A stretch of DNA of 62,963 nt, filler included, from Limisphaerales bacterium (GTDB lineage Bacteria > Verrucomicrobiota > Verrucomicrobiia > Limisphaerales > SIBE01), in the NCBI GenBank assembly GCA_044225505.1. It is 4 parts of 4 records of this genome, joined end to end, with 100 filler letters (N's around TTAATTAATTAA, not from the genome) between each part and the next. Parts side by side here need not be neighbours in the genome. Positions count along the whole stretch, not along the records: positions 16,526 to 32,834 come from JBGAIN010000180.1; 3 more parts are not named here. One strand, written 5' to 3'. The notes under the pieces were generated by a model. It was given only the letters and a program-made list of their open reading frames with translations, ran no database searches and was not told where the DNA came from. Each line of letters begins with the position of its first letter. Within the stretch, counting starts at the first letter, position 1. Positions 18,724 to 26,663 of the stretch are shown here, piece after piece. A program made the translations under genes and the position numbers.

Positions 18724-21102
18724 ATGATGGAACCAGCCGATGATGCTTCGCTCCTGCAGGAGTATGCGCAAGGCCGCTCAGAACAGGCGTTCGAAACGCT
18801 GCTGCGGCGGCACCTCGATTTGGTCTACTCCGCCGCGTTCCGCCAGATGGGCAATCCTCATGCGGCCGACGATGTGACCCAAGCCACCTTTATCCTTTTG
18901 GCGCGCAAAGCAGGCCGATTGGGACCCGGAGTGTTCCTTCCAAGCTGGCTCCTAAAAACCGTTCGGTTCGCCGCTGCCTCTCATCGGCGCGCCGCATACC
19001 GGCGAGAACATTACGAAATGGAGGCTCATGTGGAGTCCATTATACGGCAGGAAGGCGCGCCAGAACCGGCGTGGACAGAGCTAGCCCCGATCCTGGACGA
19101 AGCGGTCGCATCCCTCAAAGAGACAGATCGACAGGCTGTTCTCCTCCGGTTTTACCAGTCCAAACGACTGAAAGAGATTGGAGACTCTTTGGGAATCGAT
19201 GAAGACACCGCTCAAAAGCGGGTGACTCGGGCGATTCAGAGACTACGCTCGTTTTTCGTTAAGAAAGGTCTTCCGATCTCGTCGGCCAGCCTCGCCGCGC
19301 TGCTTTCAGCCAACGCCGTGCAAGCCGCTCCCCCTGGACTGGCAACGTCCTTGGCTGCTGCGGCCCTGACGCAAACAGCCGTCAGCACAGGCATTCTCGC
19401 CACAGTGATTCAGGGCGCCTCCAGAATGATGCTCTATACTCAAATCAAAACCGCCGCGGCCATCGGAACATCTCTGGTTCTGGCCGGTGCCTTCTTCTTG
19501 GCCGTACACACCCCTCGATCCTCTGACACGGAAGTGTGGACGCAGGTGATTCGCCTCGTCGCCACCAACCAATGGAATGAATTTCAAGAGGAAGCCGGCA
19601 TGGCCCCGTTGGTTGCTCTCGGCCCCCGCGCCTTGCCCGCCCTTGGCGACCTGCTGGAATGGCAACCGGAGATCTGGCATCGCCAGGCAGAGCAGCACGC
19701 GGACTCATTGCCCAAAGCGCTTCAGCCGTACCTGCGCGATCTCGAACTCCGCCGCGAACTGCAACGGAAAGCCGCGCAGATTATTGCGCAGATTGGGCCC
19801 GCCGCAGCACGTCCACTCACCAGCCGACTTTGCGACGCCCTGTCTGAACCCGCCTTCAAATCGGACTACCATCTGTTACGGGCCCTGGCCTGGGCTCTGC
19901 CCGAATCCCCGCGAGCCGTTGGCGCGCTGAGCAATTACCTGGCGGATCCGAGCGGTGGCTTCACCCTCTTTGCGACGATCGATGCGGATGACTTGTGGCC
20001 ACGGCTCCCTCAATTCGCGCCGATGTTAATTGCATGGCTCAGCAACCTCAGCGCTGTGAATGACGCGGCGAGAGCGCTGGGAACGCTCGGCACCAATGCT
20101 CACGCGGCGCTCCCCGCCCTTATCGATGTCTCCGAGAACGGCGTGGCGGGAACTCCTCTGGCTCTGGAAGGCTCGATCACGTATTCCGCGCCCTGGGAAC
20201 CCTATCTGGGCAACCAGCGGGCCGCTCTGGCAGCTTTAGGGCAGATCGGGATCGCGTCGCCGGAGGTGGTGAATGCCCTCAAGAAAGGCGTCGAGGACGA
20301 ATCCGTGCGGCTCGCCGCATTGAAAGGGCTCGTGGCACTCGGACCGCCCGTGGAGATAGAGCTCGTCAAGCTTCTCGAGTCGGTCGCGCTTCCCAGGAGC
20401 TTCGGCACCCAAGGCTTGGTCCGAGAGATCGGTCAACTCGGCCCTCGTGGGAGATGGGCGCTTCCCTGGTTGGAGCGGTTCACGTCCGTCCCATTCCTGG
20501 AAGCCCTAACAGCCCCGCCTCGAGATTCGCGAGACGCGCCAGTCTCCGCGGCAGAACTTCGTCTCACGGCCATCGTGGCGACCTGTCAGATTCGCCCAGC
20601 AGACCTCCCCAAGTACATTCCCACGCTGGCAACCCCGACTTCGGTCTGGGCATTCAATGCACTGTCGAGCTCAGCCAAGGAGAACGCATCCGCAGTCGAA
20701 GCTGCGGTCACACCGTTCCTCGATTCTCCAGAAAGCTGGGCCCGCGTGGTCGCGGCGGAGGTCTTGCTGAATGTCGTTCCGAGTCATGCGCGTGCCCGCT
20801 CCCTGCTGCAAGGCCTGGCCAAGAACGGAACGTTGGCAGAACGGATTCATGCGTTGGGACTGCTTTCGAAGACGTCCCGAGGAACTGCGGATCGATTGTC
20901 GCTGATTCGGGAGGCGCTAAAACAAGAGGACGCCGACGCCGCCCAAGCTGCCATTCAACAGCTTGTTGAGCTCGGGTCCGCTGGCCGATCGGCGATCCCG
21001 GACTTAAAGGCCGCCCTGTGGCACAAAGACTGGCGGGTTCGTATTCTCGCAGGACAGGCCCTGCGGAGCTTGGCCCCTGAGGAACTACCGCCAGTTCGCT
21101 AA
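18724..21102 (+). CDS. ECF sigma-70 factor fused to a TM helix and C-terminal HEAT repeats
   Basis: Sigma2 (AFETLLRRHLDLVYSAA...DDVTQATF), sigma4 (RLKEIGDSLGIDEDTAQKRVTRA), hydrophobic helix near aa 244-260, HEAT-like repeats (SAIPDLKAALWHKDWRVRILAGQAL). Confidence 0.9.
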   Translation: MMEPADDASLLQEYAQGRSEQAFETLLRRHLDLVYSAAFRQMGNPHAADDVTQATFILLARKAGRLGPGVFLPSWLLKTVRFAAASHRRAAYRREHYEMEAHVESIIRQEGAPEPAWTELAPILDEAVASLKETDRQAVLLRFYQSKRLKEIGDSLGIDEDTAQKRVTRAIQRLRSFFVKKGLPISSASLAALLSANAVQAAPPGLATSLAAAALTQTAVSTGILATVIQGASRMMLYTQIKTAAAIGTSLVLAGAFFLAVHTPRSSDTEVWTQVIRLVATNQWNEFQEEAGMAPLVALGPRALPALGDLLEWQPEIWHRQAEQHADSLPKALQPYLRDLELRRELQRKAAQIIAQIGPAAARPLTSRLCDALSEPAFKSDYHLLRALAWALPESPRAVGALSNYLADPSGGFTLFATIDADDLWPRLPQFAPMLIAWLSNLSAVNDAARALGTLGTNAHAALPALIDVSENGVAGTPLALEGSITYSAPWEPYLGNQRAALAALGQIGIASPEVVNALKKGVEDESVRLAALKGLVALGPPVEIELVKLLESVALPRSFGTQGLVREIGQLGPRGRWALPWLERFTSVPFLEALTAPPRDSRDAPVSAAELRLTAIVATCQIRPADLPKYIPTLATPTSVWAFNALSSSAKENASAVEAAVTPFLDSPESWARVVAAEVLLNVVPSHARARSLLQGLAKNGTLAERIHALGLLSKTSRGTADRLSLIREALKQEDADAAQAAIQQLVELGSAGRSAIPDLKAALWHKDWRVRILAGQALRSLAPEELPPVR

Positions 21103-21256
21103 GCAGCGATTTTGCGGTTGGCCGATCGCTAATTTCTACGTGCGGGACGAGGAGCCGAGAGCCCCTGACCAGACATCGCCCCGGGCCAAGGTCTCACCGA
21201 GAGAGTTGGCGCTGTGCACAGCCAACCCTTAGCCTGCTAAAAGATCGCGAGGAGCG

Positions 21257-21379
21257 CTACTTCTTCCCGCCCGCTTGTTTCGCAGCGGTTGCCTGCTGTT
21301 TCTTTTGGCTGGCCGTATTTTTCACAGCCTGTTTTTGAGTCGCCTTCTTGCTAACCGCTTTAGGGGATTTGTCGCCCAT
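21257..21379 (-). CDS. 40-aa Lys/Ala/Gln-rich small protein
   Basis: MGDKSPKAVSKKATQKQAVKNTASQKKQQATAAKQAGGKK with an A/C-rich upstream tract. Confidence 0.65.
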   Translation of the reverse strand: MGDKSPKAVSKKATQKQAVKNTASQKKQQATAAKQAGGKK

Positions 21380-21610
21380 AGTGTTTTGATTTGTTTTGGT
21401 CTTCGGAGGGCAGTGGTCACGGCGAATCGCGCGTGCCTCCCGACGAGGACGCACTTGCGCCGTGGTCTTACCCGTTCATGGCCTGGGTCGAGATCTTCTA
21501 TTATCGGCGACGGATCGGAATTGCAAGCTCTTGCACTGGATTTCGCGAGAATGAGGCAATCCTACGTCAAGCGAACACCACAGCCCGGGGCGAGTATACC
21601 GCCGACATCC

Positions 21611-22885
21611 TCAACGATTCGCGAGATCAAGAAAGAGGATGATCGATGGGTTTCCCACGGCTGCGTAGTGGCCCGTGAAGGTTAACCTCCCTGTGCTGCG
21701 ATCGACGCGAAAGACCGTGATGTTATCCGCCCGCTGGTTGCAACAGAACAGGAATTCTCCGGTCGGATCAAAGCTGAAACTGCGCGGATAGTCCCCGCGA
21801 GTCCATTCCTCGCCGATGTAACTCAACTCACCGTTCGGTCCGACAGCAAATGTAGCAATGCTGTCGTGTAACCGGTTCCCAGCGTAAACAAACTTCCCAT
21901 CGCTCGAAACCAGGATCTCCGAGCAAAAATTACTGCCCGCAAATCCAGGGGGCAGACTAGAGACGGTTTGCCGGGCGCCGAGTTTTCCCGTAGCGGAGTC
22001 GTAGTCCAACAGGACAACGTTGGACCCTTCTTCTTGGATCGAGTAACACCATCGTCCGTTGGGGTGGAATGCGAAATGCCTCGGGCCATCCCCAGGTGGG
22101 AATGAGATCGAGGGAGGATCGTTGGGACGCAACGTTCCTGTCTGCTCGTCGAACTGCCACACGAAAATCTGGTCCAAGGCCAGATCGACGTGCAAACCGT
22201 ATCGTCCGCTCGGATCGGTTGCGATCATGTGAGCGTGGGTCCGGTCATGCCCGCTGAAAGCGAAGCTGCCTGAGGGGGCATGCGTCGCTTTTCTCGGACC
22301 TAGCGTTCCCGAATCCCGCTTCACGTCGGTGGCCGGCCCCAAACGTCCGTCCGGCAAAATCGGCAACACCGCCACGGACCCTCCGAAATAGTTGGCGACC
22401 AGCAAAAAACGCCCAGTCGGGTGCACGCTCACGTAAGTCGGCCCCGCGCCACCCGAGGGAACGGTATTGAGCAGCGTCAGCTTTCCATCCGCACGATCAA
22501 TGGCAAAGGCACTGACGGTCCCTTCTTTGCTGTCGCCCACGCGATCGGTCTCATTGGCCGAATACAACCGGGTGCCCGCCCTGTTCAGCGTCAGGCAACT
22601 CGGGCTCGTTCCCAACTCGAACACACCGCTCGGCGTTAAATCACCCGTCTCGCGATCGACTTTGAAATAATGGATCCCTCGGCCGTTCCCGGGCGGCAAA
22701 TCCACCTGCGTGGGCAACACGTCGCGCAGAGGCGAACTGAACGTTCCGACATAGGCGAACAGTGGCGCCTTCCCTTCGTCCGCATGCAACCTGAACGATG
22801 GTGCAACGAGCGGACCGGCCCCCGCAAGCAACGCGATCTGCTTGAGGACCGATCGCCGAGAAATGCGCAGCAGTGGAGATGACAT
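21611..22885 (-). CDS. Lactonase family (6-phosphogluconolactonase-like) beta-propeller with Tat signal
   Basis: SRRSVLK leader; AYVGTF, LVANYFGG, HAHM, GPRHFAFHPNG, PRSF. Confidence 0.9.
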   Translation of the reverse strand: MSSPLLRISRRSVLKQIALLAGAGPLVAPSFRLHADEGKAPLFAYVGTFSSPLRDVLPTQVDLPPGNGRGIHYFKVDRETGDLTPSGVFELGTSPSCLTLNRAGTRLYSANETDRVGDSKEGTVSAFAIDRADGKLTLLNTVPSGGAGPTYVSVHPTGRFLLVANYFGGSVAVLPILPDGRLGPATDVKRDSGTLGPRKATHAPSGSFAFSGHDRTHAHMIATDPSGRYGLHVDLALDQIFVWQFDEQTGTLRPNDPPSISFPPGDGPRHFAFHPNGRWCYSIQEEGSNVVLLDYDSATGKLGARQTVSSLPPGFAGSNFCSEILVSSDGKFVYAGNRLHDSIATFAVGPNGELSYIGEEWTRGDYPRSFSFDPTGEFLFCCNQRADNITVFRVDRSTGRLTFTGHYAAVGNPSIILFLDLANR

Positions 22886-23045
22886 CGCGGCCCAAGGTAA
22901 TGGTTGGGACCCCGTACGGTCGAGACAATCACCTCTTGGACTTCGAATGAAAACCGACACCGCGAGCGACCGTGCTGGAAAATACCCAGGCCCCAGCCGC
23001 GGTCGCGCGAGCTCAGGACAACGCCGGAGAGCTATCGGCGATACG

Positions 23046-23834
23046 TTAGGCTCTCAACCAACGGCTTCGTATCAAAGCGAATCCAGGCAACGCCATAATT
23101 AGCAGGGCGAAGGTCGAACCGCTGTCAGGAACAGCGGTAATGGGTTCACCCGGCACCACCGCGCCTTCCGGCCGAGGCGTGAGCGACGTGATTTCAAATG
23201 TGATCGCATCCCAGACTTGCCAACTCGATTCGATGGCTCCGGTCGCTTGCCAATCCGTAAGGTTCAGGGCCGTCGGAATCGAATCGTTCGGTAAATCAGT
23301 GTGATCCCCTTGGAAACGCAGAATAATCTGACTGCTACCTTGGGGCAACGCCTGCCCAGAGACGGTCAGTTCACTTCCTCCAAGCCACACGACATCGGCG
23401 GGCTGCGGTGGGCCGGAGGTGTTTTTGGTCGTCACGTTGACTAAGAGTTGGTCTGCGCCGGTTGCAAGCACCTTCCCATCGAGCTGCAGGACGACACCGT
23501 GTCCGACGATATGTTCATATAGACCCCAATAAGGGCTTTGAGATACGAGACTCAGAGGGGTTTCCGACGCCGTGGTATCGTAGGAAAAAGAACCTGACAC
23601 CAGTTTGCCGCTCAGGGCGGAAAGATCGCCAAACAAATTGTGAAGTTCACCGCCGTTGTCCGTGATGCTCTGCGCAGTCGCATTATAGGGAGTCGTTACG
23701 TCCTTGACGACGCCTTCAAAATTGTAGGCGACCACCGTGGCCAAACTCTGCGACGCAATACCGCCGCCAGCCACCAAGGCGACCACGATAAGGACGGATG
23801 GAATCCAACGCGATCTTGAGATTACGAGTTGCAT
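23046..23834 (-). CDS. VPDSG-CTERM sorting-domain protein (exosortase substrate)
   Basis: Signal peptide; C-terminal VPDSGST, hydrophobic helix and basic tail (IRSRWLRA). Confidence 0.9.
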   Translation of the reverse strand: MQLVISRSRWIPSVLIVVALVAGGGIASQSLATVVAYNFEGVVKDVTTPYNATAQSITDNGGELHNLFGDLSALSGKLVSGSFSYDTTASETPLSLVSQSPYWGLYEHIVGHGVVLQLDGKVLATGADQLLVNVTTKNTSGPPQPADVVWLGGSELTVSGQALPQGSSQIILRFQGDHTDLPNDSIPTALNLTDWQATGAIESSWQVWDAITFEITSLTPRPEGAVVPGEPITAVPDSGSTFALLIMALPGFALIRSRWLRA

Positions 23835-24093
23835 ATCATTCCTATTTGAGAATTAGCGTTCGACTCGTGTTCAGAGCCGCACCGCCAAATTAAGGTTGAA
23901 GCTGCGCGCGGGGCGTTGCTGCCATGGTCAGCGTCTCGTGGGTAGCACAGATTATCTTATCAACCAAGAATGACACATTAGCAACAAGAAATGCAGCGAA
24001 CAAAAATGAATCGGGCGGAGCGTCCTCGATCTGACGACGCATCCGCCCCCCCCACCGCCAAGCTAAATACCTCCGAAGTGGTGCGAACGTGAC

Positions 24094-24555
24094 TTAAGGC
24101 TGATCTGGGATTTCTGCTTCCACGAGCTTCGCGAGCAAAATCAGGGATTCCTGCCATCCCATATAACACGCCTCGGCGGGAATGGCAGCAGGCACACCTT
24201 CCTGGGTAATCGAAAGATCGGTGCCACAGAATACCTTCTTGAGCACGATCGTCGCTTGCATTTCGCCGGGCAAGCCCGGAGCGTCAAACTTGTCCGAGTA
24301 GCGAATCCGTTCGTTGGGAACCAGTTCGAGGTAAGTTCCCCCAAAGCTGTGGCTCTTGCCGGTGGTGAAATTGGTGAACGACATTTTATGAGTCCCGCCG
24401 ACTTTGGCTTCCAGGTGATGCACTTTGCAGGTGAATCCGTTCGGCGGAAGCCATTTAGGCAACGCGTCAGCGTCTAGGAAGGCGCGGTAGACTCTTTCCG
24501 GGGCGGCTCGGAGCACGCGGTGAAGTCGAATCGTTTGAGTATCGTTATTGGCCAT
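24094..24555 (-). CDS. SRPBCC/AHSA1-family protein
   Basis: HRVLRAAPERVYRAF...GTYLELVPNERI...GWQESL. Confidence 0.92.
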   Translation of the reverse strand: MANNDTQTIRLHRVLRAAPERVYRAFLDADALPKWLPPNGFTCKVHHLEAKVGGTHKMSFTNFTTGKSHSFGGTYLELVPNERIRYSDKFDAPGLPGEMQATIVLKKVFCGTDLSITQEGVPAAIPAEACYMGWQESLILLAKLVEAEIPDQP

Positions 24556-25038
24556 AATGTTCTTAATTGTCAGTCTTCAATATAGAGACGAACGGGACCT
24601 GGTATTCAGGACACCATGCCAACCAGGGTCAGGCTCTTCAAGATTCCTCCGGCGCGATTCTGCGCACCGCGTCCGACGACCTGTGCTTGAAACGTCGCCA
24701 GGTGAGTCTACACGGACGCCTTTACTGAGATTCAGCTTATTTCGGATAAACTTCCGGAAGCCCTTAGAGCGATCCAACCAGCAGCCTGCGAGAGAGGTTC
24801 TTCTCTTGAGAGTCTGCGTAGAACGTAAAGCTTCTCGCTAAGCAGGATTCCTCGCATAGCCCCCCATTCTACGGGCGCGTGAGGTTGCGTGGACTTGGCG
24901 CTCGTGTTTGCGGCACCGTCGCTGCATCAGCCGATAATCGATGCGTTACCTAGCGGGAATTGTCTTTACTATGCCTGCCGAGTTTGCGCATTTTGGCGAA
25001 AACCCAGTCCCCGAAGTTCCCGTGTAAAATACAACGCT

Positions 25039-25674
25039 ATGATCATAGACTGCCCTCCGACCGCACAAAGTTGCCCAGCCGAGTTCCTTTCGCGCCGCCG
25101 CATCCTGCAGAGGGCCTTGTTTGCGGCTGTGTGGCTGCCTCTTCTGGGAGTGCCCGGGCTCGCTCCCTCCCGTTTACTGGCGGCAACCGACGACGCCGCG
25201 GAAACCGAGGACAACATGGAGGGCCCATTCTATAAGGCGGGCGCGCCAATTCGCTCCGTCTTGCTCGAGCGTGGCATGGCCGGAACGCCGCTTACTGTGA
25301 CAGGGCGGGTGCTGAACAGGCATGGCCATCCGCTAAAGGGCGCAATGCTGGACATCTGGCATGCGGATCACACGGGAACCTATGACAACGCGGGGTTTCG
25401 CCTTCGGGGGCGTCTCTATACTGACGATGAGGGGCGTTACACTCTGCGCACAATCAAGCCCCTCTCTTATGGCGAGGAGAATGACAAGCGCCCGGCCCAT
25501 ATTCATGTGAAAGCCAGCTCAGGGACATGGCCTGTGCTCACGACTCAGCTTTACTTCAAGGGCGATCCTTGGAACCGACATGATCCCGCGGTTCGTCCTT
25601 CACTGATCATGGCGCCACGTCGCGAATCGGACGGGTTGGCCGCACGTTTTGATTTTGTCCTCAAAGTCGGCTGA
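25039..25674 (+). CDS. Intradiol ring-cleavage dioxygenase-like protein with Tat-type signal
   Basis: SRRRIL leader; EGPFY, IWHADHTGTY, RPAHIH, LTTQLYF. Confidence 0.85.
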   Translation: MIIDCPPTAQSCPAEFLSRRRILQRALFAAVWLPLLGVPGLAPSRLLAATDDAAETEDNMEGPFYKAGAPIRSVLLERGMAGTPLTVTGRVLNRHGHPLKGAMLDIWHADHTGTYDNAGFRLRGRLYTDDEGRYTLRTIKPLSYGEENDKRPAHIHVKASSGTWPVLTTQLYFKGDPWNRHDPAVRPSLIMAPRRESDGLAARFDFVLKVG

Positions 25675-25687
25675 TTCTGGAGCCATT

Positions 25688-26455
25688 ATGATCCTCAACT
25701 CCGTCCGATCCGGCGCGGCCGTGATAATACTGACGGCGCTCCTGGCTAGCGTCGATATCGCCCGATCGTGGGCCGCGACGCCGGGTGAACAACTCATCGC
25801 GGCGGTCAACAAAGGCGACGATAAACAAGCCCGTGTCCTGCTGGAGGGGGGCGTCGACCCGAACACAACAGACATGTTCACCCAACCGGCCGTTGTAGCG
25901 GCGGCTTATGCGGGCAAGGAAAAGATCGTCAAGTTGTTGTTGGAAAAGGGGGCGAACCTTCACGCCACCGATCGAGACGGTTATACCGCGCTGCACACCG
26001 CCGCTCTTGCTGGGCAGGCGAGCATCGCCCGGTTGCTCATCGACCGCGGTCTGGGAGTCAACGAACGTGTTCCCGCGGACGGGTTGAGTCCGTTGGCGGT
26101 TGCTTCGGTTCGTGGACACCTGAAAGTCATGCGCTTGCTCCTGGATCACGGCGCCGACCCAAACATTTCGGATTCAGGTGGCAACACGCCCCTTCTCCAC
26201 GCCTCGATGCGCGGACGTTCTGACGCCGTCCGTCTCCTCCTGGAGCACCGCGCAAACGTAAACCACGCATCGAGTCACGGGTGGACGCCATTGATGGTGG
26301 CGGCTTGGGAAGGCCATGCTGACATTGTGAAGCGACTCTTGAAAGCGGGCGCGGACACCCGCGCGTTGAATGATACGCGACAATCCGCCCTAACCCTGGC
26401 GGAATCCGAGGGGCACAAAGCGATCATCGCTGCGCTTCAGACCGCGTCGAATTAG
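25688..26455 (+). CDS. Secreted ankyrin-repeat protein
   Basis: Signal peptide; repeats GYTALHTAA, GNTPLLHA, GWTPLMVAA. Confidence 0.92.
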   Translation: MILNSVRSGAAVIILTALLASVDIARSWAATPGEQLIAAVNKGDDKQARVLLEGGVDPNTTDMFTQPAVVAAAYAGKEKIVKLLLEKGANLHATDRDGYTALHTAALAGQASIARLLIDRGLGVNERVPADGLSPLAVASVRGHLKVMRLLLDHGADPNISDSGGNTPLLHASMRGRSDAVRLLLEHRANVNHASSHGWTPLMVAAWEGHADIVKRLLKAGADTRALNDTRQSALTLAESEGHKAIIAALQTASN

Positions 26456-26663
26456 CATTTGGCTCCGCCTCAAGAACAGGGGGCGCCATGTTCGGACGAT
26501 AGGCCCATCTCACCACCTGTCGAACAGTGTTCAGGGATCCGCGGTGGATACTGATGGGTTTTCTCGCTTTGAGTTAGCAAGAGGCCTTAGCACGGGACGC
26601 GACACACCTGTTCCACAATCACCACAAACAGTTTATGGATAGCGATCCTCGGCGAAGACCCCA

